From Eledone cirrhosa (lineage: Eukaryota): a DNA stretch of 64,000 bases. The notes below the pieces were generated by a model. That model was not told the origin of the DNA. It saw nothing but the letters and a program-made list of their open reading frames with translations, and did not search any database. Each line of letters begins with the position of its first letter. Position 1 is the first letter of the stretch. The stretch is from assembly GCA_964016885.1 (NCBI GenBank), contig OZ024745.1, forward strand, positions 43,710,001 to 43,774,000. The letters run 5' to 3'. This document shows positions 49,704-63,057 of this stretch, piece by piece. A program made the translations under genes and the position numbers.

Positions 49704-52700
49704 TTATACTCTGCTATGTATTGAGTACCTTACTGTGGTTACCCCCAATTAAACCCGGGATACACACACACATTATATATATATATATATATATATTATT
49801 TATTTATATTTACACACACACACACACACGTAGCTCTTAATCTCTTCTAACCCATAATCAGTTTTCGATTAAAAAAAAATAAATAAATAAAAAAAAATAA
49901 TTTATTATTTTAAACTTACAAATTTTTGCAGATTATGAATGTCTGATGTTCAAAGCAAAAATCAAAAGACCATTTTTAAAAAAAGTCAAGGAGGAGAGAA
50001 TGTTTAAATGAATAAATGCCAGAAAATGTATTGATCTAAAACTACAAAGGAAAGATAATTGACAATGGTTTTTAACACACCGGTTTAGTATTATTGTTCT
50101 CTTTTAACAAACCATTATCTTAATTTCTAGCCTGGCCAAAGAACCATGAGCATGACTGCTTTGAATTACTTTTGGATGATTCTTCACCCCCATTCATACT
50201 AGCTACAAGATTAAATCAGTCACCTCGTTATATCTGTAAACATTAACTCAACAAATAAGGTGCTGCTAAACTTGAAACCTCAACTGTATTGAGGTAAGCA
50301 AACATCATTACTAAAATAATTTATTTTTTCAATAACAATATTCAACATCTGGTATATCATATATAAATATGTTATATATATTTAAAAAAAAGAAATTACA
50401 AAAAGACTATCTTACTTTCTGACTTTAAATGTTTAATTACTATAGATTATTATTTCATTTCAGACATTTAACTCAATAATGATGGCTTCACTTTTCGTCA
50501 GGACAATGAGCACTCTGTTGAATGAATTCCTAGTCATGAAATTAACATGTAAGTGGCTGAGTATTCCACGGATACTTGTACTCTTAGCATAATTCTCAGA
50601 CTGAATCAGTATAACAAAATGTAACAAGGCTGTATTTTCAAATTACAGATACAATCCAGAGAAAAATAAAGGGAGACAAATCAACTCCAGTGCTAAACTA
50701 GTACTTTACCGACTCCAAACGTACAAAAATGTAATTTGAACTCAGAGCGCACAGAGCTGGAATGAATACCACAAAATATTCTGTCTAATGATTGAAAAAG
50801 TCAGCCCATTTACCATCTTTAAGCTAATAATAACACCAATAAAATAATGTCAAATAGGAATATTGTGATATTCCACTTTAAATCTTCTAAACCATTAGCA
50901 GATATACTGAAAATTTAACTTATTTAAATGAGAAATTCTGTCACTGAAGCAATTATGTAAAACCAATTCCTGCTGTTGGTAGAAAATTTTCTTCTGAAAA
51001 GCTAAAATATTTCAGTTTATTGAAAGTGCTTGCTTTTATTTCTCTTTTGACTGCAATTTTCACGGCACACTAAAAATGTTTGGTCTGATATACCATTTCA
51101 TTTTGTAATTAGATGTTTTATATTTCTTAGTAAGATATGGATTTTGAAAACATTAAACCCCCTATTCCTCCTCCTCAAGATTTATTATTCTAATCAAATG
51201 TATTAAATATAATTATATGGCTTCACTACTGCTAATTTTTTATGTTGAAAGGTCATAGATGTTTTGTTTTTTAAAGAAACATGCAATACTATACAAAGGC
51301 AATCAATACATGGCATAATTCTAGCAATCATGAATGACAAAGGTTTAGAAACAATATTTAATACAGAGTGTCCCATAACACATGCCAATTTTTAATTGGT
51401 CACATGAACCAATGACAATTTAGCAATGTATAACATATAATTGCATTCCATACAATTAGAATTTGTTTTAAAATTATTACAGCATTAATATTTGCCAACT
51501 TGAATAGATAGGGTTACTGTAGCTAACAGATCTTAACTGCAAGGAAAATAACAATAACAATTTATTTTTGCACACCAATAACTGTTGAAACATTTGAATA
51601 AATATCTAATTTTTATGACAAACCACAGGCAACTCCACAAGTGTTGAAGAAACTGAGGCAATTTGAAAGTTCTCATAACTTTGATTTTGTAATATTTAGA
51701 AGAATCGTGATGTCAGAGACTTCCTTTTTACAAATAACTGCATATTCAATAATGCTGGCCCCATTATAAACATGATTACTGTAGGAGGGTCAATGAACAA
51801 AGTATTTAGATAAATCTCCTCTTAACAACAATAACCACCAATATCATTGCTATATATATACAAAGCCTATATTATTTCTCCCCAAGCTTTATATCAATTA
51901 GTACCACCCCACCCCACAAAAAAAAAAAGGTTTTGATAAACCAGTAAATGGCAAGAACTATTTTATGTTAAGGAATAATTTCATGTATAACATTCTGAAA
52001 TTTCGCATATTTTGCCAGTTTATTAAAATGTCAAATTAAGTTGGAATTCAACTTTATTTTTCTAAAATTCTAATTGTAATGGTCTGCAAATAAACTTATT
52101 CTTCAATTTGTTTTTTAATAGTAATTTAGAAATCTGTATGGCTTATCAGATAGCCTAAATACTAAATGGGACAAACTGTATATACCATGAACATGTCATT
52201 ACTGCATTTCTATAGAAACTAAATATCAACACAAAGCTAGCAATTTCTCAAACTTCTAAAATGAAATTTTATTCAAAGACTTGTTTTGCTGAGTATTCTG
52301 TCCATATTTCATTGGTAGACCATTTATTGGGGTAGATTTGTGATTCATTAAGCAATAAACTACAAAAGTATATAAAAAAACAACTCTTTCCTGACTCATC
52401 TAAAGACTGCCTCTTTACTGGGATTAGATGAAACTTGGAGATTATAGATCTTAATTATACTCTTGGGAAGAAAGATGGCAATATACTAAGTAAAAGTTTT
52501 ATATATTGTATGTCAATGATCTTAGAAGACAAAAGAATGCTTATTTTACTTTTATAATCTTCATTATATGTTCTGTGTTATCAATATGCCATAATTAATC
52601 TACTTAAGTTGTAATGTAAAATATTATTTTGAGAAATTTTTATTTTTCAAGTGTAACTCATACAAACTAAGGCACAGAGTAAATTCAAATGGCAGTGCTT

Positions 52701-53094
52701 TCAAATCATTTAAATATGTTACATACATATATTAACTGGAATTATGAAAAGAGAACACAAACATTTAAGAAGCTTCTACCGTTTCCAATAAAAGAGCCAA
52801 CTCAATCAAAATCTCAAATTAAGTACTTGTTCAACATTTAAATCTCAGAAAATAGCAAATGACAAAAGTAAATATATATAAAAAGATTTCAGAAGATTGA
52901 GAAGGCTTCCAGATAAATTAAAAACAGCTTATTAGATATACAACAAATATATTAAGTCCAGCAAAACATAAAAAGCTCCAAGTGAAAGCAAGTTTGTCAA
53001 AAAGCCAGATTAATAATAACAATAATAATAAAAATATAGAAACATATACAGTAACTGATGATTTGTAATGTCAAAATGAAAAAAATGAGCCAAC

Positions 53095-53142
53095 CTTTTT
53101 CATGTATACCATGCTTGTGACTGACTCCTCGCTGACCACACC
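53095..53142 (-). CDS. zip: Candidate alternative loop-1 exon, 48 nt (GVVSEESVTSMVYMKK)
   Basis: ttattaacttag acceptor, CTAAC branch-like motif ~30 nt upstream, AAG/gttggc donor, phase 0/0, no stop codon. Confidence 0.65.
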
Positions 53143-53276
53143 CTAAGTTAATAAACAGATTACATGCCAAAAGTTAGATTCATGCATGCTGCAGTGTAAG
53201 CGTGTTGCCTTCCACATATGTGCCACAAAATAAAATATTAGATGTGAAAACTACAATTGAATTAAAACATACTTAC

Positions 53277-53294
53277 GAGATTCAGCTCCTTGCT
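53277..53294 (-). CDS. zip: Candidate alternative loop-1 microexon, 18 nt (SKELNL)
   Basis: ctctctttatccccttttag acceptor, gtaagt donor, phase 0/0, ~57-nt AG-free zone, UGCAUG motifs on both sides. Confidence 0.75.
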
Positions 53295-56200
53295 CTAAAA
53301 GGGGATAAAGAGAGGAATTGAGAGTTAAAACATGCAAACGGTCATGCATACAACTGACGCTAACTGGCTGTTAGCACAGGAAATTTATTGTGATCGATAC
53401 ACCCAGTGGTACTGTGCTCGTGAAGATAGTCTATTGAGGTGGTGTACAGACAGTGCATACTAATAATTATGACTGATGTGCAGTGATCAATCAGCATACA
53501 ACTAGCCAAAATATATTCACAGCTTCATCACAAGACAAATACACTTATCCTTCCACCCACAAAGGGAACTCACAGCAAATCATTATTTATATCAAACACT
53601 AATCAGTGAACTTCACAGCTATATATTTTTCTGTGTACAGAGAGAAAAACAAAATCTATACACATTTGTTTTCTTTTTCACAGCAAAGATTGTAATTTAA
53701 AATTAGGTACATTAAATTTAGCTTAGAGCTTTTAATATATACAGTGTTGTGCATAAATATTTATTACCTAATTAATTACACTGCTGACAAAGGCATGTTA
53801 TAAAAATTAGATTGGCCATTTTAGCTAACTGGTGTGTGATATAGAAATTTACTATGAATTATTTTTGTAGGCAGAAGGATAAAGTTACTTTTCTGATGAA
53901 CTGCCAACTAACTGGGAAAAATGTAAAGGTAATTCCCATATTTTTCTGTTTATGAAGGGAATAACAAAATATATACACATTTGTTCATATTTTCACAGCA
54001 AGGTTTATAATTTAAATCTGCAGTTATAACTAAATAAATATCTTAAATTTGCTAATATATGCTGTGTTGTGCATTAATTTAAATAATCAGAATTACTGAG
54101 TGGTATAGAATTTAATACCAAATTCTTCAAAATAGCAACATTCAAGATCCATTCAACTGAATGGATCCTAAATGTAAGACAAAGTTTAAAATTATTTAAA
54201 CTTACTTTGAATTATTTAAACTTACTTTGAAGTGTTCTGGTTGTTCAATCAATAGAACTCCCTACTCATTGAAATTATAGACAAAGCAGCCAAGTATCCC
54301 TAATTTAAAGTAATCTTCAAGCAGAATCAGTGTGATATGAATAGAACCCTAATTTATATGGGTTCAGTCTATGTCATAATCTTCTATAGTAGTCATCTAC
54401 TCAATTTCACTCAAAAGTTTTGGGTCACCCCAAGGCTATCATAAAAGACACTTATTTAAAGTGCTGAATTAGATAGGGTAGTGTGAAATGAAACGGAAAA
54501 CTTATTTGTTATAGGTGTGTATTAGAAGGTAAATAACGATGTACTAAAAATAGGTTAGTGAAATAGACATTTAATGGTCCCAAAGTTAACAGCAGAAATG
54601 TTTTAAAATATCCATATCACAATTAAGCAACCACTTAAGAAACTGCAGATCCAGATAATCAGGTTGGAAGCTGAATCAGATTTTCATTGCAACCTTAAGA
54701 GATGTCTGGAAGACAGACTACTTTCACTGAACTACACTACAACTGGTAGATGACCAACAGTTTTGGCTGTTTGTAAACCTATATTAACCCTTATTGAAGG
54801 AGATGAATATTTTTTTTTACATAATTAAACAAAGAAATAGTTTCATTTTTAAGTTATGAAATATTTCTTAAGCTAGAAATGTCATTCAAATAACTGAAAC
54901 AGAAATAATGTTTTCAGTTGACAAACTCATCACCTTTCATACTAAATATTAACAGAAGAATGTTTCATAAATAAATTATTCAAAATAGAAATGAGAGTGG
55001 AGGAGGTAGAGCAAGATTAATATCAGATTTACAATTTATCAAACTATTTACATTTAAGACATATTTATAATAAATAATCCTCTTGATTGAGAGTGCTTAA
55101 AACTTTATATTGCACATTCTTTCCCTTTTTTACATTTCCAGATCTTGTTTTAACCCTTTTAATACAAAACCAACCAAAATCACCCCTGCTTTTACAATAT
55201 CAAACTGTTTTAATGTGTCCATATTTAAGAAGTTTCGTTAAGTTATGTTTCAAACATCAGCTTGATAATGAGAGAGCCAATTCTTTTTCTAAATCTCTTT
55301 AAATCAATTATTCTCAAAATTATTTGAAACATATGGATTGTGTGTTTCTTTTAATGATAAGGTTAATGTTATTGGAAATATATCTAAATAATTGAGATAT
55401 TTAACATTAACATTTTAATCAGAATAAGTGATAACACGTAAAGTTGAATATCTGAATCTATAGTTTAGCATATATTTGAATCTGAAATAATTTTTCTTCT
55501 AAATTAGATTTTAGGGAAGATCATTGCTATTTAAGAGGATACCCTGTGTGAAACCATGATGTGGACTTCACTTTAAACAAGGTCATACCACAAGATACTA
55601 AACTGCATGTGATTGCATGTGGTTATGAAAAGCAACTGGATCAATCCTATGGTATTCAAGAAAATCTACAATGTATGTTGGCCAAAATGGTACATTTGCA
55701 ATCCAATATGCTGTATTGCTGCTTGCTCGAATAAATAAAGCAATTGTATTGATAACTTTAAACAGAGCAGTGAAAGTATCATAGCACTCTCAAGATAAAA
55801 TATCTTTAATCAATAATACAATCTAGCCTAGTCATGTCTACTAGGCCAGTGGATAACAACTTTTAGTACTGATATAAAATATACTTATTATTATATTACA
55901 ACTTAGTTTAGATATTATAGCTCACACCTATGTAAGTTGAGCAGCTCTCCTATGAGGTTTCTCATGTGTTTTAATGATAGGGGCTGCAATCCTATCATAA
56001 AACAGGCTTCACCCACCCTGAACTGGATGTTAGTTCGTTGCAGGAGTTAACCCTCAGTTGCTACTGGTAGTCATTTCTTTTTCAGCTGACTTAGGCCACA
56101 CCCAATCTAGATGGAACCACATTGATGAAGACAGACTAGTCAATCAAGTTTAAAAATAATAATTGTTGATTAATATCTTTTACATTTCCAGATCTTGTTT

Positions 56201-56387
56201 TAACCCTTTTAATAAAAAACCAACCAATATCAAACTGTTTGTTTTAATGTGTCCATATTTAAGAAGTTTCGTTAAGTTGTTTCAAACATCAGCTTGATAA
56301 TGAGAGCCAATTCTTTTTCTAAATCTCTTTAAATCAATTATTGCTTCAACTTAGCTTTTTAATACTCACCACATTAAATACAATAAC

Positions 56388-57430
56388 TATTCGAGTTTTT
56401 GGTCATGTCTTTGCATTACCATAAATGTAGTTCTAAAGAGTCCCATATTGTCAGTAAAATCAAAGTCTGAGAGTCTTCCTATCCCCATTTGAGGCTATAT
56501 GCTAGATCCCTCATAGTGAACTCCACTATTAATCGGAGCAGCACCTCTGTGATAACATCAAGCCTCTCTGTATTTCCATCTTTGGTTCTGACAACAGGCT
56601 TTCCAGTAAAATGATCACATATTGTTGTTGTTGATAGCCACTCCATACAGTGCAATAATCTTCACTAAAGACTCCCTGTGTACACTGCCAAAGGTCTTTT
56701 GGAAGTCAATGAAGTTGACCACATACAACTTCTAGAATTTGTCACTTGGCTCAATGCTATTGTGTAGTGTGAGGATTTTTTCACTGCACAACCTTCCACA
56801 TCTGAATCTGGCCTTCTACTCTTATAAATGCTCATCAACTGTTCTTCATGCAGGTAAGGACATTACAAAAAGCCTTTCCAGGGATAGACAGCAGGGTTAT
56901 TCCATGCCAGCTGTTGCAGTCATTTAAAGTTATTTTCTTGGATAATGTTACTACCACTCCATCGCCTAATGCCTTGTGGACATACTCTTCATGCCATATT
57001 AAGTTGTAAAGATGTCCCAATTCTTCTGCAGTGACATCTCCATGCTCAAGTGAAGTTGATCTTCAGATCATCTTTGAAAAGACCAAAGTGATGCTTATGG
57101 GGAAAGTATAGCAGCAACCAGTCCAGCTGGAAAGCCAGACTCTGAAGACCATTGACACCTTCTCATACCTGGGCAATTGTTAAAGATGGCAACTCAAGAA
57201 CTGATGTCGGAAAGAGACTTGACAAAGTTGCAGCTGTCTTTCAGCACCTGAAGCCTGTATGGCCCAACTCCTCCTTCTGCTGAGACAAGGCTCTATCTGT
57301 ATCACATCAGTCATTGTGCCAACAAGAACTTATGCTTGGAAGGCATGAAAAAAGACCAAAATAATCTACAAAACTACAGGTGTCTTCCACAGATTTCTTG
57401 GCATGACCACATCACAAATGAAGAAGCTGT
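56388..57430 (+). mobile_element. Decayed RTE/BovB-like copy with an inverted 5' segment (56388-57050 on -, 57051-57430 on +)
   Basis: Minus strand: CNSWHGITLLSIPGKAFCNVL, NFIDFQKTF, LSDFDFTDNMGLF. Plus strand: VDLQIIFEKTKVM, IDTFSYLG, DVGKRLDKVAAVFQHLKPVW. Confidence 0.78.
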
Positions 57431-58257
57431 AGTTGGGGGTCTGTGGAGCAAGACCTGACCAGGGAGGAGGTCCATGACAGAGCTTTCAACTGTGTGGCAT
57501 GGAAATCTCTTCACTGATGAGGTAATAAGACCAAACATATTCAAAGTTGTCTCCCATACTTGTTAAATGAAAAAAAAAATGAAATGATATTAATCATTGA
57601 CTAACAGTTTTTTTTTTCTTTATAGTTAGCCTTTTGACGATCCCTAGATTAAATATATTAACACTAACAAACTACCAGTATACAATAGCTTGTTCAACAC
57701 TTAGCAAAATGGAAAAATGAACATAAAATGGTGTTCATATCCACAGATTTTCCACTGAAGAATAGAAAAATCATAAATAAATTACAATATGTAAATATCA
57801 ATACTAAAAAGAAATACATGTAACTAATTTTAGTAAGTCTCAACTAGATTAGTTTTTGTGTGAATGAGTGTATAATTATGTAGTTATGCTAGTCATACTA
57901 ATTAAAAGTTTTATATATATAAACTACAGGAACACATGTAAGTGCAGTGCACCAAAAGTGAGTGACCAGCTAGTAATAATAGTAGCTTATAGCTTTACAG
58001 TTGACACACAACACATATTACAAGAAGCCACAACTCAAGTAAGTTATCTATTAAACACAGCATGCTTATAAGAAAATATATAAAAACATTACTATACAAC
58101 AAACAAAATATTAAAAAACAGCAAAAAAAAACAATTGTACTTTGTAGCAGCTCTTAAAGATGTATTTCACCAGTATAGAAAATTATATTTCTTGAAAGTT
58201 CCCTAGCATTATAGCTTAGATTAAAGTTAGCAATGATATAAAAATGAAAACACACTA

Positions 58258-58463
58258 ATAATTGTTTCTACTTTTGGCATAAGGCCTGCAATTACCCCAG
58301 TGTATTACTGGTGCTTTATTTTATCGACCCAGTAAGGACCCAGTAAGGACCCAGTAAGGCAAAGTTAACCTTGGCAGAATTTGAACTTAGACCATAAAGG
58401 GCCATAACTATGCTGCAAAGCATGGCGTCCGGTCCTCTACCAACACTGCCAATCCACCGCCTC
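58258..58463 (-). mobile_element. Same SINE family, with an internal 11-bp triplication
   Basis: Matches 2240-2420; cccagtaagga repeated three times. Confidence 0.85.
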
Positions 58464-59260
58464 AGCAGGTAATATTAACTTACAATAACTACTAAATCAC
58501 AGAAACTTATTTTTTTAATTATTCATTTGTAGATAGCATTACAACGATACACACATAAGAGCATATTTTTAATCACAAAGTCAGGAAGGGTCAGCAGTGA
58601 CCATAACCATTTTCAGAGTCTCCAAGACTGGTGGAAAGGAAAGAGAAAGGTATCTTCAAATCAGATCCTTGTCCCAAATGCTTGCAACAGACTACTCCCA
58701 CTAAAGTCAACAAAAGGTCAGGTGGTGTTAATCTAGTAATGGATTTAGTCTGCAATCAAAGTAGGTTACAGCAGGACTTTATTTTGGAACACAAAGAGCA
58801 TCCCCACCAAGGTTTTAACAATTCTGCCAATCCACTATTCTAGATTGGTACTTTGTCAACCCAGAAAGATGGGCAAAGCTGACCATAGCAGGATTTCAAT
58901 TCAGAAAGTAAGGAATACCTATTTAGAAAAAAAAACTTTAAAACTAACTTCTTAAGTCACAAAATCTATAAAAGATTGATCTTTTCAATAAAGACAATAT
59001 TTCATTATTCAATTAGACACTTCTTAGCATATAATTGGGAAGTAAATTTTATAGCTTCATTTTTTATACATGGAAAGAAAAACAAAATTGCTTTGGTTTT
59101 ACTTTCTTTACTTCCATTTCCACAAAGTTCTTTATATTTAAATATAAAGTTTTGGTGAAAACATCTTGAGGCCATAAAATACAATAGAATTAACAGAAAA
59201 AAAATAAAAGAAGCAAAATAAAAAAAAGGGGTTTAGTTGCTACTGTCCAAGAAAACATAC

Positions 59261-59381
59261 CGAACTATGGAAACTGGACGTTGATGATCGATTGTTAGCA
59301 ACTCGGGATGATGCTGCTACGAAGGCCAGATATTGAATGACTTTTTTTGTATTCTCTGTTTTACCTGCTCCAGATTCACCT
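59261..59381 (-). CDS. zip: NMHC exon: P-loop and start of loop 1 ([40 protein letters not shown])
   Basis: ttacag acceptor, gtatgt donor, 121 nt, ends phase 0. Confidence 0.95.
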
Positions 59382-59463
59382 CTGTAATAAAATATGTAAA
59401 TATATGTAGTTAATTATTTAGACCAAAGTACATTAATATAACTAAGAATTTTTTAACTTAACA

Positions 59464-59500
<37 letters not shown>

Positions 59501-59982
59501 TTTGGCGTTTTTTTTATTTTTTTATATAAAGCAGCTTATTTTAAGCTGTTTATACTTATCTAGAAATATGGTAATAGAAAGAAAGTTAAATAACATCAGA
59601 AGTTTCTTGTTCACTATTCATTATATATGGAATTGTAGTTCAATTTACAATAATCCTATATTGGGAGATCACAATTATACTATCTAATAATTGTTGAATT
59701 GTATTATTCAACATATAAAAAATGTGTGCTGTTTATTTCATTTCCTTCAATTTTTTTCATTTGGAATGTTTTTATTTTCTTCATTCTTAGACAATTTAAT
59801 ACAATTTTTAATTGGAGTGTGGGTTGGAAGGTTCTGCAAAATCAGTTTTGTTACAATTTGATGCCTGTATTATCAGTCATGAAATGGGAATGATATTTAT
59901 ACTTCAGCTACTAAGGAAACTGGTGTAATCAAAACAATGTGCCCATGAAAAAGATCATGGTACTTCCATATTAATTCTAGGG

Positions 59983-60031
<49 letters not shown>

Positions 60032-60136
60032 AAGAGTGAAGAATAACATGGTCAACAGTACAAGAAGGGTTTTATTTACAGTATTAACAATTGTTTCATT
60101 GATTAAGTTGTCTTAAAATTGCTAATCACTTGAAGT

Positions 60137-60797
60137 TCATCATCATCATCATCGTTTAACGTCCATGTTCCACGCTTGCATGGGTTTGGACGGGAGTTTT
60201 CCCACTTGAGGCAAGAGTGGTTGTCATTGCTCGCATAGGACTGTCTGGCGGGTTTTCTACAGCTGGATGCCCTTCCTAACACCAACCACATTTACAGTGT
60301 GGGGCTGGGAGGTTTTTACCGTGTTGCCTACACGACCACATTACAGCATGGACTGTGTTTTTTTGTCGTGACACTTACACGATCTCATTTGTTTCGGCCT
60401 GGATGTTGTGGCACCAACATAACTTTACATTGAAAGGGGTGGTGTGGATGGGGTGGGGGTGGTGGGACGGGGTGTATTTTGTTAGAGATGCCTACTGACT
60501 GTAGTAGGTTTTACTTTGTATTTAGGTAAGGCGGGTCTTCTCTATTACTGAGTACCGCCAAAGGTCTCGGTCCAGTGACATTGTCTTGGAGAGGTGTAAG
60601 TGTGTGATGTCGGAATTTATCAGCTCGTCCCAGGTTTTTCTGGGTCTGCCTACTCCGTGGCTACCGTCTATCTTTATTGCCCTGCACTTTGTTATACAGC
60701 TGTCGTCTTTCATGCACATCACGTGACCACACCAACGTAGTCTTCTCTCGAGTAAACAACATCTGATCCCTCTTATTTCTAATTTTTTCCTTAGTTG
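60137..60797 (-). mobile_element. 5'-truncated copy of the same RTE family
   Basis: High identity to 36883-37517; ORF remnant LRKKLEIRGIRCCLLERRLRW...KTRLT*; (GAT)n tail. Confidence 0.92.
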
Positions 60798-61058
60798 TGT
60801 CACTCAATTTTAAGTACGATGTATGCTTAACCAAATCATCAGATAACTGAATACAATTATACATAGCGTTTACAAATTCAAATTACAACGTCAGTAATAA
60901 AGAAAGAAAAAAAAGAAAAAAGAAAAAGAAAAAGAAAAAGAAAAAGAAAAAGAAAAAGAAAAAAAGAAAAAGAAAAAAAAAGAAAAAGAAAAAAAAGAAA
61001 AAAAAGAAAAAAAAGAAAAATGAAAAAAGAGAAATGAAAAAAGAGAAAAGAGAAAAAA

Positions 61059-61095
<37 letters not shown>

Positions 61096-62854
61096 GATAA
61101 TATACGACGATAGCTTACATTTATAATAATTTCAAACCAACTCGCTGTTTCGAAAATATTCTTACTTGAATATATATATAAAACTAAGTTATGAACCAAT
61201 TTAAGAAGGGAGATATGGGAAATAAAACATATATATAAGAACATTATTAAAACTAAAACTATCCAGTGATAACCATCAGGTAAATCTGTATCAATGTATG
61301 ATAATGGTATCCAATAGAGTTTCCACAACAAAACAATAAAACATGAGTACAAAGTAATTAATTTTTCACATATATATATACAGTCCCTCCCTAGCCACAA
61401 CAGTTGAATCAGATGTTTGTTCCTCATACATGCTATCAGAACTCCCTTCTGTGCTGCCAGCCACCACTTCCTCAACTCAAGGTCACATCTAGTCACATCC
61501 TCCACCCAATACTCTCTAAGCAACAAACATCTAGCTACCATTATTCCTTCCACAGTGCTTCTCATATGCTCTCATTCTTTTTTTCCCATTACAGGTTGGT
61601 GTAGTTGGGAGTTTAACTAGAATTAATAATCCCCCTGTTTTCCTTTAGTAACACTGACCCTCCCCTATACTCTTCACACACAGATAAACACTTGTTTACT
61701 TCACAACTCCCTCCTTCGTCAGTCTACACATACACACACAAACTACACAATAGTATATACATGCCTACATACAACAGGCTTGCACTCACTAAACACCTCA
61801 CATTTTGTCTTCTTGACTCAATAAAACACACACTAAATGCTCTTGTACATTATTTCTTAACCTTTTCGTGACCATATTTCTAACAAAATATACTATTTTA
61901 ATTAATGAATAATTTTGAAGGATTTAGTAAAATTATTAATTATTTCAATACTAAGATAACTTAAAATCTTCCAACAATTTTATATAAAAACGATATATTA
62001 ATTTAAATTGGAACCTTTTAAAATGAATGATTTTGGTTTCATAGAACCAGAACAGGTTTTGGGTGTGTTGGTATCAAGAGAATTAACTAAAAACATCATT
62101 CCAGCCTTTTTATCCATTTACCAGGTGCTTCGTCATCATAATACATGACTTCCATGAAATTATTTTCTTCATCATAATACATTATTTCTATTGAACTTTT
62201 CTCTTTTCATTCCAGTCATAATTACATTACACTCCCATTTTGTATAAAAATTGAATTCAATCATTTTTCTTTTTTATTATTAATTGGCATTAACATGAAA
62301 TTTGACTAAACCACTTTCTTTCCATTTGCAGCAAAAATTACAAAAGGAATTGGAAGTTTAGTAAACATATAAAAGTTGGGAAACAGTTTATGAAGAGGAA
62401 GCCAAGAAAGATGAAAAGTTATATATATAAACTTCCTTAAATGTTTGAAACCATGCATCAATACATGTACTTCAGGAAGCAAAGAAAAAAAAACCTACTT
62501 ATGGAGGTTTGAAATTTGAGGGGTTTTTTTTTTTATAAAGATGGCAATTAATTTTCACTCATAGCAACATTTCCATAAATAGAGCTAATGTAGGCTCAAG
62601 CAAAACCACTTCATTAATTGTTTTTCTTTCTGCTATGAATTTATAAGAATTTGACTTCCCAGAGTTAATTGGTTGACAAATTTTGGAAATGGTTAGTCTT
62701 CTTTTTAATTCAAAAAAACATGCTATATAATTAATATTTCTAAAAATAAACATTCTGCATCAAAATCTGGATTACTCCCACATCTATAGTGTTTATTAAC
62801 AGCAACTCATAAGCCGTTGTTCCATCTTCCTTTCCTTCACCAAACATTCTTTAA

Positions 62855-63057
62855 CCCTTTAGCATTTACATTACTCTATATGTACTAATGTATTTTCACA
62901 GTTAAGGCTTTATCTCACATAATATTGAATCTGAGATTTTGATATTTATTTTGAGAACAATACCTTAACATCAGTATGAGCGGCTAGTTATGGCTGGTTT
63001 GAACAGAAAGAGGCGAGAGAATGTTGGCCAGATACAGCTGGTTTAAATGCTAAGGGG
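62855..63057. mobile_element. TTAA-flanked MITE, family A, second copy
   Basis: Same TIRs and internal sequence as 4187-4386; TTAA flanks. Confidence 0.85.

Noticed and set aside
49920-49942. 23-nt pseudo-exon (cag...gtaagt) in the loop-1 intron
   Set aside because: Not a multiple of 3 and no regulatory motif cluster; at most a poison exon and unsupported without RNA data.
60891-61565. 224-aa minus-strand ORF
   Set aside because: Runs through (GAAAAA)n and (TA)n repeats and a decayed repeat; low complexity, no domain signal.
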